From a virus (Duplodnaviria; Caudoviricetes), in the IMG/VR virus record IMGVR_UViG_3300020050_009224, positions 1 through 64,000 of that record: DNA of 64,000 nucleotides; one strand, 5' to 3'. The position numbers were made by a program, and so were the translations under genes. How positions within the stretch are numbered: the first letter of the stretch is position 1; each line of letters begins with the position of its first letter. The notes under the pieces were generated by a model, which saw only the letters and a list, made by a program, of their open reading frames with translations, was not told the origin of the DNA and did no database searches. Positions 8,189 to 19,316 of this stretch are shown here, piece by piece.

Positions 8189-11107
8189 TTATTTTTTCTT
8201 TTTTAATTTACCGCCGAATTTCTTTTTCTTAAACTTATGAGTAAAGTTATAATCATAATTATCTGATTGAGCATCTATCCAAGCTTCTGTCATAGCTTGT
8301 TGATAATTATCTTCCCCATATTGTGCTAGACCATCAGCAGCTTTCCTTTGAAGATTTTTAGCCATCTCTGAAGATTTTGCATTCCAATCATCAGTTCTAA
8401 ATTGTGATTCAGCATCAAACTGATCTAGACCTAAGTTAACTTGGTCAGCTCTCATTTTATTTTGAGAATCAACATTGAATTTATTAGTATAAGCTGCACT
8501 ATCAGCTTTATATTTTCCAGCATTAATTGCACCTATGTTACTTAAATAAGCTCCAGCATTGCCACCAGTATTTGCTTTAATAGTGTCTAAACTATTTGCA
8601 TAGTTAGATCTGTTATCTGCAAGTAATGGATTAATATTCATAACTGGCGCTGACATTCTATTTCCAACTTTGTATTTACTAGGATCAAGTTTCTGATGTT
8701 TAAAACTAGATAAGACATTAGCCACAATTGGAGCAGCTCTCATAATGTCATAAGCTGGATTAATATTTACATCTTTAGATAAAGGTTGATTACTACCATA
8801 ATCAGGATTATAATCAGGTGTATAACTTCTATCTTGTAAAGTATTTAAGTTATTATTCATTCCTTTATAAGCACTGTTGGGATTAATGGGAACTACAGAT
8901 TCAAATGGAGAAACCCCTGCTGGATTCTCAATACCATTAGGAGCACTTTCTATTGTATTAAAAAGATTTGCAGTAGGGTTAAGATATGGATTAGGCAAAC
9001 TATAATCTTTTAAATATGCTTCATACATACTAGAAGTCATAGGATCATATGGATCTAATCCCTCACTGCTTATAAACTGTTCCAGCTTTAAAGGGCCGCC
9101 TTCTGCATATTTTTTATACAGATGTCCACCCATTTTCATTTTAAACTTATTTTCAAAGTTATTAGCAAAGTTAGTTAGTTTAAAAGACTCTTGCGCTTCA
9201 GTTAATCTCTCCAACATCTTCTCTTTAGACTTCTGATCAAATCTATCATCTGCTCTACCAAACTTTTTATCTAATCTTTTAGAGTAGGAAGCAAAAGTAT
9301 TTCCTTTACCACCAGTTAATCCAAATTCATCTACTATATCTTTATCCATAGTAATAGAATCTGAATAAACATACTGCTGTTTATTATTCAAAGTTTCATT
9401 TCCTTCTACTTCAGCACCAGATCCAGGAATTTTAATTCCACCCATTTCGTGTTTAGGGCCTGTGTATTTAGTAATTTGTCCACCGTATTTCATAACTCCA
9501 CTCATCATTTTACTTGGGTCTATCATTTCAGCAGGATTTCCACCTCCAACAAATTGGCTAGCTACTCCTCCTAATTGAGAAATACCTTGGCCTACTTGAA
9601 AAGAATTAGAATCTTTATTTTCTTCAGAAGTATTATCTAACTCACCATTAGGATCAGCAGCTTCAACTCCCATTTGCAATCCTTGTTTAGCCATTCCATA
9701 AGCTGGGCCACCAAAATAAGTTCCAGCTACATCTGTTGCAGCTCCTATAACTCCACTAGCTACATTATTAACTTCTTGAAAGGCTTGACCATTATATTCA
9801 GGATCATAAAAATTTCTACCACTTACATGTTCTAATGGAGTAGCATAAGCATTTAAAACTGATTTACCAATATCTTCTGCAAGAGGAGTTGCTTTTTTTA
9901 ATCTACCTCCACTAATATCATCTGCTTTACCATAAATATCTTTATAGGCCTCATTTAAAAAATCTCCAAACTTACAATGTTTAAGTTTTCCACCATACTT
10001 TCTATATTTCAATTCTCCTCCCATTTTCTTCTTTTCTAATTCTACAGGCTGTGTAGGTTGTTTATAAATGTCTTGACTATAACCAATAGCTTCAGTCCCA
10101 TCTGGAATATTAGGTACTCCATAAATAGGCCTCTTCCATTCTTTTACCTTTTGAGGCATACCTGCTGTAGGTTTATACCCAGTAGCTTTAGAAAGAGAAT
10201 CAACTTCATCATGAATTCTTTTTAATTCTAAATAATCTTCAACAGAGTTTATACCTTTTTTATAAATATCTAAACCTTGTTCAGATAAGTTATACAAAGA
10301 TAGTGAATCATCGTAAGCTTTAACTTCAGTTGGTGTACCTTTTTTTGGAGGATTTTTCATTGGCCCTCCATATTTCTTTTTATTAATCATATTACGTTGT
10401 TCATAATTTCTTAAATCTTCACCTGTGTTAAAACTCTTAGTACCATTAGGATCATTTTTAATCATATTTAATACATCTCTAGTATTATTATAATTTGGAT
10501 ACTCATAGCGTTTAACAGTAGCTAAATTTCCTTCATTTTTAAAACTACCGTCTTTAGATTGTATCTTACCAGTTTTAGTATCTAGTCCATTAACATATCT
10601 ATTAGGATGATCATCATGTTTAAATTCACTGCTCCAATGATATAAGCCATCAGATTCATCTAATACAGGTCTTATACCAGCTTTATATGCAGCGTCATAA
10701 TCATACTTTGCAATATTAGAATCTCTGGAAGGTTCTTCATTAAACTTCTCTTTAAACTTCTTTCTAAATTCTAAAACATCTTTATCAGTATTCCAATAAT
10801 CAGGTTTTACATACTCTACTGGTTGAGTAGGTTTTTTAACAACTTCTTTCCAAACAACATCATAACCTGGAAAATTAGGATTATCTCTTTTCTTATAAAC
10901 TTTGTTTGGTTCATAAGTAGAATTTACCTGTTGAGCATTTTCTGGTGTTACAGGTTGCCAATCTTTCCAATTAGCTTCATTTTCATTATACAAACTTAAA
11001 CTATCATTATAAGCTCTTAATCTAGGATCATTTTTATCATATACTAGAATAGGATCTTGTTTCTTTTTAGGATCACCGTTATATTTTTTCTTACTATACT
11101 TTGCCAT
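8189..11107 (-). CDS. Virion cargo protein 1-like
   Basis: 972 aa; GPKHEMGGI...AEVEGNE motif, Gly-rich hydrophobic stretch and repeated K-[YMF]-GG motifs; directly downstream of the muzzle gene. Confidence 0.7.
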   Translation of the reverse strand: MAKYSKKKYNGDPKKKQDPILVYDKNDPRLRAYNDSLSLYNENEANWKDWQPVTPENAQQVNSTYEPNKVYKKRDNPNFPGYDVVWKEVVKKPTQPVEYVKPDYWNTDKDVLEFRKKFKEKFNEEPSRDSNIAKYDYDAAYKAGIRPVLDESDGLYHWSSEFKHDDHPNRYVNGLDTKTGKIQSKDGSFKNEGNLATVKRYEYPNYNNTRDVLNMIKNDPNGTKSFNTGEDLRNYEQRNMINKKKYGGPMKNPPKKGTPTEVKAYDDSLSLYNLSEQGLDIYKKGINSVEDYLELKRIHDEVDSLSKATGYKPTAGMPQKVKEWKRPIYGVPNIPDGTEAIGYSQDIYKQPTQPVELEKKKMGGELKYRKYGGKLKHCKFGDFLNEAYKDIYGKADDISGGRLKKATPLAEDIGKSVLNAYATPLEHVSGRNFYDPEYNGQAFQEVNNVASGVIGAATDVAGTYFGGPAYGMAKQGLQMGVEAADPNGELDNTSEENKDSNSFQVGQGISQLGGVASQFVGGGNPAEMIDPSKMMSGVMKYGGQITKYTGPKHEMGGIKIPGSGAEVEGNETLNNKQQYVYSDSITMDKDIVDEFGLTGGKGNTFASYSKRLDKKFGRADDRFDQKSKEKMLERLTEAQESFKLTNFANNFENKFKMKMGGHLYKKYAEGGPLKLEQFISSEGLDPYDPMTSSMYEAYLKDYSLPNPYLNPTANLFNTIESAPNGIENPAGVSPFESVVPINPNSAYKGMNNNLNTLQDRSYTPDYNPDYGSNQPLSKDVNINPAYDIMRAAPIVANVLSSFKHQKLDPSKYKVGNRMSAPVMNINPLLADNRSNYANSLDTIKANTGGNAGAYLSNIGAINAGKYKADSAAYTNKFNVDSQNKMRADQVNLGLDQFDAESQFRTDDWNAKSSEMAKNLQRKAADGLAQYGEDNYQQAMTEAWIDAQSDNYDYNFTHKFKKKKFGGKLKKKK

Positions 11108-14100
11108 TATTGTGGAACATAAATTGTTAGTACTCTTTCAAGATTAATAGTATTACCAGAAGAATTATCATAATACAAAGTTACTAAATGCCAATCATTT
11201 CTAACTCTAGAAATTTTATTAGCTTGTAAAATGTTTCTAGGTATTTTTTTAATCTTCCAAACATTAAATCTATTTCTTTGTCTGCTGGCTAAGCTTACTT
11301 TACCTGTGTCTTGATAATCATTCTGTATTCTAATATAAGTTAATCCTTCAGTACTTATGTAATTATTAGAAGCATCTTTGACTGATATATCATACTGTAT
11401 ACCCTTAATTACCTTAGTAACGAATGATAAGTCATTCACATAAAAACTTACACTAGATTCAGATACGGGTTTATCAAAAAATATACAATTAACTCCTTTG
11501 TTATACAAATAAATAGAATTCAAATTAGTTTGTACATCACTAGGACTAATTAAAAACTTTTTATTATCTATGTAAATATTAGGAGTAAAGTCTGGAAAGT
11601 CTCTGAAAGAATCCCACCTTGGATTATATACCAAAGTCGTTCTATTTTCATTTTCAAATTTTGCATCATTGCTTAAAGTAGTTATATATAATTCTTCATA
11701 TTTTGGATTATACCCAAGTATTACTCCAGCATTTTCTATAGGATTATCTCCACCTTCTTTTTTAGTCAGTAAGATATTACCTATTAAATTCTTAAAATAA
11801 GAATCCATTCCTTTTACAGTAGATAAATTTTCTGGCGTAGTACCATTTAATCTGTTAAAACATTGTCTGTTAGCATCATAGTAGTATAAAGTATTTGTAA
11901 ATACCCCAGAAGACCATTGGTGTATGCTACCAGAATTCTTACTAAGATACACATAATTTTGTAAACCTGTTGCAGTTCCTAATTCTGTAGGTACTCCATC
12001 TGAAGTAGTTGTGATAGCTCTGGGATTAATGCTTATGTAACCAACTCCATTTTCTTGTAAAAAGAATACTTCATCCATGTAAGAATGAGTTTCAGTAATA
12101 GGGCCTTGGTTAGCTTCCAGATCTAAAAAATTATTAGGTCTAAATTTAGCCCAGCTATCTACGGTTTCACCAATAATCTTAGGATCAGATAAATAATTTC
12201 TAACATCAAAAGTATTATTCTCTATAAAATCAAATGGTTTAGTCTGATAATACCTACTCATAAACTCTGAACTGAATACTGTATTGTAAGTAAACATCCC
12301 AGATTCTTGAGCTCTAAAGTGCTCACCTTCAAATTCTGCTCCTCTGGTAAAAGTTTTACCATGATTCAAATCTATATTTACAGTAGTTTCAATAGGTAGG
12401 ACTACAGCTTCATAAAAACTAGCATCGTCTAAACTATTGTCCCAAAAGTTTTTCATGAATTCAAACATACTTACATAAGTATCTCCACCAAATACTTCTT
12501 CAACTATAGTACCTGAAGCGTTAATAGAATTGGTAATAGATATAAAATTATTGTAAGATATGTTTTCAACACCTAATCCTCCATACTGATCTTGTTTTAA
12601 TTTAACAAAATCCATCATCATTACAGATCCATAGTAATTAGACCAAGGCCTACCTAGTACTCCTGATTGATAAGTAGATGGAGAACTGTCAAATAAGTCT
12701 ACATCCCCTGCATCCATTTTACAAATTAAACAAGTTCCATTGTAAGCACCTTTAGGTGTATCAGTATTGTTACCTGTATCAAAACTATAATTTCTATAAT
12801 CTAGTCCTTCTATTGCAAAAGGAACATCATTTCCAAAACTTGGATCTTGTCTTTGAAAGGCTTTTATTTTTTCCCAGTGAAATTCGTGATTATAATTTGT
12901 AGTAGGGTCAGTTACTCTACCTTTAGTTATAAACTCTCTATCTGTTCTAGGTAATCCACCTAATCCTGGAGAAGTAGATCCCCATCTTTGAGGGCCGTAA
13001 GGAGTTAATCCATTAGGATTCCACTTACCAGTATTAATTAAAATACCATTAGTTTTCAAATAAGTATTACCTGTAGACGCAGGAGATTCATGATTGTAAG
13101 TAACTTCAGGGCTAAAAAATCCTAGTAAATCTTTTCTATCAAATTCAGATTGTTTATTTTGCCATTGATAGGGAATATCAGATTGTGCACCAGAAGCATA
13201 ATATTGTTCTATATCATTAATATCTGACATAGCAAAATGTATACCTGTACCTGAAGCTCCTCCAGATTGTTCAAAAAATTTACTTATAACACCAGAACAA
13301 ATTCTAGTTTTATCCACAGAAGTTCTTGGGACTCTTACTATTTCAAAAGAATCTATGTCTATATTATCAGGAACTGTGATTGTAAATTCTAATCCAAGGC
13401 TCCATAACTTAACATTGTTATCTCCATCTACTGTTGAAATAGGAAAATAATCTATACCAGTTCCAGCTATAGTTTCATAACCTGCTGGTGTACTTAATTC
13501 TGGAGCTTTAATATCACCTATGTAACCTACAAAAGAATAGCTAGAACCTCGTCTTCCTACAATTCCATATCTATATACCTCTCCTCTTTTTAAACCTTTC
13601 AGATTTCTTGTAAATGGAGAATGGAAACTATTAAAACTAGGGTTAATTATAGTCTGACCATTAGTATTTTCTGTAGTAGTATCTCCGTTAGCTGTAAAAT
13701 AAGTTTGTTCAGAATCTGAATTATCTGAACCTATTTCTCTTAATACAAATTTATATTTAATACTTTGGTCTAAAGATTGTCCTCCTAATGTAACTCCATC
13801 AGGTTGAAACATGTACTGATCAGTACTCAACCAATCTGCATAAACTCCAGTAGGCCTATCTCCATAAGCTGTTCCTGTTTCATCATTAAAATAATTCTTA
13901 TAGGGCTCATGTCTGATAGCTAAAATTCCATCATACTTATATCTAAAACATTGAGTTTCCCATCCCATGTCAAAACTTTTGTTCTTAACATTGGATACAA
14001 CTAAACTATTATCTTTAATAGCAAAGCATTTGTTGGTATAAAAAGGATATTGGTTTATAAAGTAATCATCAAAATCTAATGTGCTAGAACTTAATTCGTT

Positions 14101-14982
14101 AGAACTATGCGTAAATTCAATTAATGGGTTTAAACTATTAACAAGTTTTTCTTCTATTTTAATTACAGTTGGTATATCATTAAGCTCTGCTTTAAAAATA
14201 GTGTGTAAAGTAACCTTTTGAAATAAGCCAGTAGGTACAGTGCTAAGATCTATTACTACTCTAACTGCTTTATCAGCACCATCAGTACTAGGACTGCCTT
14301 TATAATCTATCGTATTTCCTAGACTTTCTAGGCTAGTTACTATGTGAATTTGAGTACTGTTAGGACTAAATAAAGATTCTTTACCGTCAAAGGTAGTAGC
14401 AGTATAAAAATATTCATAAATACCTACAGGTAAACTACCTCCAGGAATTATATCTTTTACATAAGGGGCAGAGTTCTGTATATCCAGAAATAAAGATAAA
14501 GCTTCTATATTATCATCTAATTGAATCTTAGCTAAATTTACAGATCTGGTTTTATTAAAATAATCTGAAAAGTAAACTCTCTGGTATTGATCATTTTCAT
14601 AATTACCAAAAGCTTTAATAGGATGTTTAGTAGTAAATCTTAAGTCGAAATTACTATAGACTAAAGTTAAGTTTTGAATTTCTTCAGTTATCTTATTAAT
14701 ACTAAAGCTCCATATCCATCCTTGACCTCCAAGTTCATTGTTAGTCTGAGTACTAAAGATTACAAATATATCTCTAAGATGGCATCCACCTATTATTATA
14801 TGGCCTTCAGGTAATTCTGTTACCTTGTAATTTTTAAGATCATTAGTTAAACCTACAAACTGAGTTCCATCAACAGAATTAATCCTAAGATTATGGCAAT
14901 CAAAATACTGACCCTGAACATTTTCTGTATTCAAGTCTTTATTTAAACCCTTCTCCCAAGATTGCTGATGTACTTTATCCAT
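11107..14982 (-). CDS. Tail stabilisation/muzzle protein
   Basis: 1291 aa; KGLNKDL N-terminus, LKRGEVYRYGIV and FGGDTYV motifs typical of the crAss-like muzzle protein; synteny. Confidence 0.85.
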   Translation of the reverse strand: MDKVHQQSWEKGLNKDLNTENVQGQYFDCHNLRINSVDGTQFVGLTNDLKNYKVTELPEGHIIIGGCHLRDIFVIFSTQTNNELGGQGWIWSFSINKITEEIQNLTLVYSNFDLRFTTKHPIKAFGNYENDQYQRVYFSDYFNKTRSVNLAKIQLDDNIEALSLFLDIQNSAPYVKDIIPGGSLPVGIYEYFYTATTFDGKESLFSPNSTQIHIVTSLESLGNTIDYKGSPSTDGADKAVRVVIDLSTVPTGLFQKVTLHTIFKAELNDIPTVIKIEEKLVNSLNPLIEFTHSSNELSSSTLDFDDYFINQYPFYTNKCFAIKDNSLVVSNVKNKSFDMGWETQCFRYKYDGILAIRHEPYKNYFNDETGTAYGDRPTGVYADWLSTDQYMFQPDGVTLGGQSLDQSIKYKFVLREIGSDNSDSEQTYFTANGDTTTENTNGQTIINPSFNSFHSPFTRNLKGLKRGEVYRYGIVGRRGSSYSFVGYIGDIKAPELSTPAGYETIAGTGIDYFPISTVDGDNNVKLWSLGLEFTITVPDNIDIDSFEIVRVPRTSVDKTRICSGVISKFFEQSGGASGTGIHFAMSDINDIEQYYASGAQSDIPYQWQNKQSEFDRKDLLGFFSPEVTYNHESPASTGNTYLKTNGILINTGKWNPNGLTPYGPQRWGSTSPGLGGLPRTDREFITKGRVTDPTTNYNHEFHWEKIKAFQRQDPSFGNDVPFAIEGLDYRNYSFDTGNNTDTPKGAYNGTCLICKMDAGDVDLFDSSPSTYQSGVLGRPWSNYYGSVMMMDFVKLKQDQYGGLGVENISYNNFISITNSINASGTIVEEVFGGDTYVSMFEFMKNFWDNSLDDASFYEAVVLPIETTVNIDLNHGKTFTRGAEFEGEHFRAQESGMFTYNTVFSSEFMSRYYQTKPFDFIENNTFDVRNYLSDPKIIGETVDSWAKFRPNNFLDLEANQGPITETHSYMDEVFFLQENGVGYISINPRAITTTSDGVPTELGTATGLQNYVYLSKNSGSIHQWSSGVFTNTLYYYDANRQCFNRLNGTTPENLSTVKGMDSYFKNLIGNILLTKKEGGDNPIENAGVILGYNPKYEELYITTLSNDAKFENENRTTLVYNPRWDSFRDFPDFTPNIYIDNKKFLISPSDVQTNLNSIYLYNKGVNCIFFDKPVSESSVSFYVNDLSFVTKVIKGIQYDISVKDASNNYISTEGLTYIRIQNDYQDTGKVSLASRQRNRFNVWKIKKIPRNILQANKISRVRNDWHLVTLYYDNSSGNTINLERVLTIYVPQ

Positions 14983-14983
14983 A

Positions 14984-15730
14984 TTAATCTAATCTTTTAG
15001 TCCTGTTAAAACTAGCAAAGAAGTCTGATTCTGCATATACATCCATAGGCCATGATAAATTATTCTCCTTAAAACTTATTCTTTCATCTTTAGACATCAT
15101 TTTAGATTGAACTCCAGCCTGAGAAGTATACCACAAAGCATCTGCTTCTATTCTGTTATAATTATTATCAGCCATTTTACCAGTCATAAGCATTCTATTA
15201 GCAACTCTTAGTAAAGTTTTATATGTAACAGCTTTAATCCATGACTCATTATCTGGAATCATAGGTAATCCATTAGCGTCAGTTATAATAGCTAAGTAAC
15301 TTACTACTATAATCCCATGTCCAAAATTAGGTAAAATCTTACCATTGGTTAAGATATATGCAGCACTAGACTTACAATGAAAGTCAGATAATGAGCAATA
15401 CATTTTTCTAAGCATCTCATCACCATTGTACCTCATTCTAGTCATAGCAAATTTACCACTACAAATAGCTTCTTCTGCTTCTTCTACAGTCTGATAATTA
15501 GTAGCTCCAATAGAATTCATGAATTCTAAATCTTCTGGAATATCTACCATAGAATTTTTAACCTCAAGTATTTTAACTTTAGGTTCATAGACTGTAGGGC
15601 CACCTACTAATCTAATAGATTCTTTTACAGATCTTAAAAGATCTTCTTCGGAGTAGTTACCTATAATCCAAGGAAAATCATTTAAAAGAGTTGCAAATGC
15701 AGATTTGTATGATATAAATTTACCGTTCAT
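14984..15730 (-). CDS. Tail tubular/ring protein
   Basis: YLAIITDANGLPMIPDNESWIKAV motif; lies between the IHF-like and muzzle genes. Confidence 0.8.
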   Translation of the reverse strand: MNGKFISYKSAFATLLNDFPWIIGNYSEEDLLRSVKESIRLVGGPTVYEPKVKILEVKNSMVDIPEDLEFMNSIGATNYQTVEEAEEAICSGKFAMTRMRYNGDEMLRKMYCSLSDFHCKSSAAYILTNGKILPNFGHGIIVVSYLAIITDANGLPMIPDNESWIKAVTYKTLLRVANRMLMTGKMADNNYNRIEADALWYTSQAGVQSKMMSKDERISFKENNLSWPMDVYAESDFFASFNRTKRLD

Positions 15731-16312
15731 TTATTGTCTATATTTTCTACTGTCTTCTAACATATGTCCTACTTGAATATCAAAGGCTTTCTTTTCCATA
15801 AATATTCCACCCTCTTCTGTTACATTAGCTAACTTGCCTAATTCTTTTTTAAGAGTAGTTGTAGGATCAAACATAAAATGCATTTGTCTTTTCCTCATTT
15901 TCCACCAGTTAATAAACAGTTTATTGTTTAAACCTACTTTATTTCTAAAGTAGACTAATGGTTTATTTTCCATTGCCAATAATTCATCTACAGAAGCATT
16001 AGGCCATTGATCTCTCCATAAGTCTTGAGACCTCTGCCAATCTACTCCATTATTTTTTTTAGCTGGTTTTTTAACTATTGTAATACCAAAAAATCCCATG
16101 TTAGGGATATACACATAATCTCCAGCTTTCATTATTTCTTGGTAACCAAGTAATAAATCTTTTATCAAATCTTTAGCCTTGCTATGAGGTATAGATTTTT
16201 TAGTTTTATTTATGTACCACTTAAAAAATTCTTTTTGTCCTACATCTCTGGGAAACAGACCTTTACTGCCTTTAGTACGATTAATAAGATTACTTCTAAT
16301 GTTATTCTGCAT
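15731..16312 (-). CDS. IHF/HU-like protein of the crAss-like tail module
   Basis: YIPNMGFFGI HU-like motif, VDWQRS..LW, FMFDPT..LKKEL; synteny. Confidence 0.7.
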   Translation of the reverse strand: MQNNIRSNLINRTKGSKGLFPRDVGQKEFFKWYINKTKKSIPHSKAKDLIKDLLLGYQEIMKAGDYVYIPNMGFFGITIVKKPAKKNNGVDWQRSQDLWRDQWPNASVDELLAMENKPLVYFRNKVGLNNKLFINWWKMRKRQMHFMFDPTTTLKKELGKLANVTEEGGIFMEKKAFDIQVGHMLEDSRKYRQ

Positions 16313-16577
16313 TATATCCTAAATTTTTTAAAACATCTTTCATACTAGTTTCCTCTAAACTTTGATTACTATTAATCATACTTTTAGTAGAAATATACTC
16401 TTTAGTAATCCATTGGCTATCTTTTCCTTTAGACCCAGGTTTATAAATTTCTATGGAGATTATAAAACCATTCTCTACTTCTCTTTCTCTAATAGTTTTA
16501 GTAGAGCCATCTTTATTTTTAATCTCTTGTGTAGTAGTTGTGTAAACTCCAGTAGGTTTACTTATTTCTTTTTCCAT
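16302..16577 (-). CDS. Hypothetical protein
   Basis: 91-aa ORF tightly coupled to both neighbours. Confidence 0.6.
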   Translation of the reverse strand: MEKEISKPTGVYTTTTQEIKNKDGSTKTIREREVENGFIISIEIYKPGSKGKDSQWITKEYISTKSMINSNQSLEETSMKDVLKNLGYNAE

Positions 16578-17284
16578 TATTTTTTATTTTTAGTCTGCAT
16601 AACCAGTTCTTCAGTACTGTCTTTGCTATCACTATCATTATCACGAGGTAAAGTATGTCTTGCTAACAATTCATTTATAACTTGCGGTTTAACTAAAGTT
16701 TGCCACATCCATCCTTCTAAAGGGTATTGACTATCCAGATTAAAACATGAATCTGCATTACATCCTACACTACCTGCTAAGAATGGATCTTCAAACATGC
16801 CTCTAATAGTAACTGATTCTATTAACATATACTTATCATTAGTAGAGTACAAATATAAGTATTGGTTCCATATAAACGCATATAGTAATTTAGAACTAAT
16901 TGTGTCTGAACTAACATATGGAATTTTGTCTACAGACACATAATTAATATTTGGGGCCGTAATCTTATTAGGTTTTATATCTTGAATACCGTCTTTTAAA
17001 TGTAATTCAATAGCATTAGGCAGAGGTTCTACTGATTTTAATATTTTACAACCTGTAATTACATCTCCACAGCAAGTAGTTGAATCCACTAGCTCTAATT
17101 CAAAGCAAGGTATAACTTGTAGGTTTGTAGAATCTACAGACCGCATTCTATTATACTCATTTCTAAGAGCATTAGATCTATTTTGAGCTATAAGATCTAG
17201 GATAAGTCTTTCATCAATAGTACTATCATCACTGTTTATTGACAATGATTCCATTACTTGTCCTATTAATTGTCTTCCTGTCAT
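16577..17284 (-). CDS. Tail ring protein
   Basis: RGMFEDP, YPLEGWM and C-terminal PRDNDSDSKD resemble crAss-like ring proteins. Confidence 0.7.
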   Translation of the reverse strand: MTGRQLIGQVMESLSINSDDSTIDERLILDLIAQNRSNALRNEYNRMRSVDSTNLQVIPCFELELVDSTTCCGDVITGCKILKSVEPLPNAIELHLKDGIQDIKPNKITAPNINYVSVDKIPYVSSDTISSKLLYAFIWNQYLYLYSTNDKYMLIESVTIRGMFEDPFLAGSVGCNADSCFNLDSQYPLEGWMWQTLVKPQVINELLARHTLPRDNDSDSKDSTEELVMQTKNKK

Positions 17285-17544
17285 TAACTTAAGTGTTTAT
17301 CTAAGTAATTTACTAATTCAAAAAACTCTTCTTCAGATTTATAACAAGTATATACTCCAAATTCTTCTAAGTCTCTAAGATCAAATAGAGAATAGTAATC
17401 TAAAAGTACTCCTAACTCTACTAATAAATCTTCATTGGCTTGGCACCATACCCCTAGTTTAAGAGAAGTATTAACCTTCTTACCTAATTTACCAAAGTTA
17501 TAATAATACTTAAGTAACTTATCATAGTATTGTGCCTCAGTCAT
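17284..17544 (-). CDS. Small tail-associated (hub-like) protein
   Basis: 86 aa, coupled ORF in the tail module. Confidence 0.5.
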   Translation of the reverse strand: MTEAQYYDKLLKYYYNFGKLGKKVNTSLKLGVWCQANEDLLVELGVLLDYYSLFDLRDLEEFGVYTCYKSEEEFFELVNYLDKHLS

Positions 17545-18692
17545 TAACTATTATTTTTTGAATATGTAGTATTTTCAAAAGATATAAAGGTATTAGAATC
17601 TATTAAATTAAGTCTTTGGTCTACAATTATAAACATAGAAGTAGAACTAAAAACAGCAATACAACTACTAGTATGATTAGATACTAAATTATATAATTGA
17701 CAAGTAGATATTGCAGTAAGACCTACTCCCATAGCATATACTGTAGGAAGACTACAAATATTAATAGTTGTAATACCAGCAGATCCTATTGGATTAAAAC
17801 CGATAGTTGCAGCACCTGTTAATTTACAAGCACCTTTCATAACTACTTTATTAGTAGCATTATCTAGTTTAAAAGCTACTGTATTAAATCCTGATGCATT
17901 AGCAATAGATGTAAATCCAGAACCAGGTGTTTGATACACAGGTACTAGACTGCTAGCAGCTGAACCTATGGCACTAGTTTCTCTCCATTCATCATATACT
18001 ATTGTTAAATCTAATTCATCGGCAGTTTCTGTAATATCTATAGAGCTGTTAGAGCTAGTTAAAGATCTAAATTCAAATGGAGTTTCAGTACCATCAATAT
18101 ATACTTCAGCTCCAGCTCCTTGATTTGAACATTCATCAGTAGGGGCAGCAATACCATTTGGAGTAAATGTACCTACTACTACATCAGCATCTGTAAAAGA
18201 TCCATTGTGAAGTACATATTCTACTGTAAGAGTGTGATAAGCACCTGAATCTACAACAGCTGTAATTTTATAATCTGCAAAAATAGTAGAATCGTCAATT
18301 TTAAATACTTTAAACAAGCCAAAGTTTCCACTATTACTAAATGAATCTAAGAATAGGTCTACTCCAATTGAATCTGAATTAGTATCTGAAAGTTTAATGG
18401 TACTAACTAATGAAGGATCATTACTATTAAGACCTAATTCAGTAGAAGCACTACCAGAACCTACACTATCATTGAATACCCAAGTAGAACTCCAACCTCC
18501 ATAAAGACCTTGAGCTCCATCTGCTCCATTGGCAGGCTTAGCTACAGTTACAATTTCAGTAGACCCATCAGTATAGGTAAAGGTAAATTGATAGTTAGCA
18601 CCTACTGTAGCCAAAGCTACGGTACTAATACCTGTACCTGTATCACCTTTAAAATTATTTAGCCCTTTAGGGGTATTACAGCAATTGCTCAT
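17544..18692 (-). CDS. Short tail fibre/spike protein
   Basis: Collagen-like fragments (KGDTGTGI, GADGAQG), FRSLTS...ITETADE fibre repeat, beta-rich C-terminal domain. Confidence 0.65.
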   Translation of the reverse strand: MSNCCNTPKGLNNFKGDTGTGISTVALATVGANYQFTFTYTDGSTEIVTVAKPANGADGAQGLYGGWSSTWVFNDSVGSGSASTELGLNSNDPSLVSTIKLSDTNSDSIGVDLFLDSFSNSGNFGLFKVFKIDDSTIFADYKITAVVDSGAYHTLTVEYVLHNGSFTDADVVVGTFTPNGIAAPTDECSNQGAGAEVYIDGTETPFEFRSLTSSNSSIDITETADELDLTIVYDEWRETSAIGSAASSLVPVYQTPGSGFTSIANASGFNTVAFKLDNATNKVVMKGACKLTGAATIGFNPIGSAGITTINICSLPTVYAMGVGLTAISTCQLYNLVSNHTSSCIAVFSSTSMFIIVDQRLNLIDSNTFISFENTTYSKNNS

Positions 18693-18734
18693 TTTATTAA
18701 TTTACTTTTAGTTTTAAAATTGAATTCATTTCTT

Positions 18735-19316
18735 TTACCCCCCACAACTATTACAGTCATTTTCTTGTAAGGCTATCTCACAAATTTTAGCAAGAGTTTC
18801 TAACATTTTTGCAGCATCAGTTGTGTTATTACAGTCAAAGTTAGCTTGAATAGACTTTAGCTCTCCAGTTAAAAACATTGCTTTATCTCTTAACTCAGTG
18901 TTACCTGTTTGAAAATACTTAGTAAATAAAGATTTAATGCAACACTCTGCTTCACAAGTTATCAATATTGTAGTAGTATAATCATTCCAAGTATCAGCAC
19001 CTAAATCTCCAGTATAAACTACAGTCCAGATTCCATCTCCTCCTGACCATTCAAAATCTTCTAGTTTAAACTCAGGTGTAGCTTCATCTGGATATAGATC
19101 AGTTACATTAAAAGTATAATTAGGAGTTGTGCTCCCTAATTTTGTAAATGAAACACTTGCAGATACTACTGCTGAAGTTTCGATATTACCAGTTACTTCT
19201 GTATTTGACCATCCATTTAAATTAGTCTCTGAGTTATACAAACCAGAATTGTCTGTAAGAGTTACTTTCTTACAGCTTTGAAATAAGCATATTTTTAACT
19301 TAGCATCTAATTCCAT
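18735..19316 (-). CDS. Tail hub-like structural protein
   Basis: TLTDNSGLY...GW, DGIWTVVY and Cys-rich C-terminus (NDCNSCGG). Confidence 0.55.
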   Translation of the reverse strand: MELDAKLKICLFQSCKKVTLTDNSGLYNSETNLNGWSNTEVTGNIETSAVVSASVSFTKLGSTTPNYTFNVTDLYPDEATPEFKLEDFEWSGGDGIWTVVYTGDLGADTWNDYTTTILITCEAECCIKSLFTKYFQTGNTELRDKAMFLTGELKSIQANFDCNNTTDAAKMLETLAKICEIALQENDCNSCGG

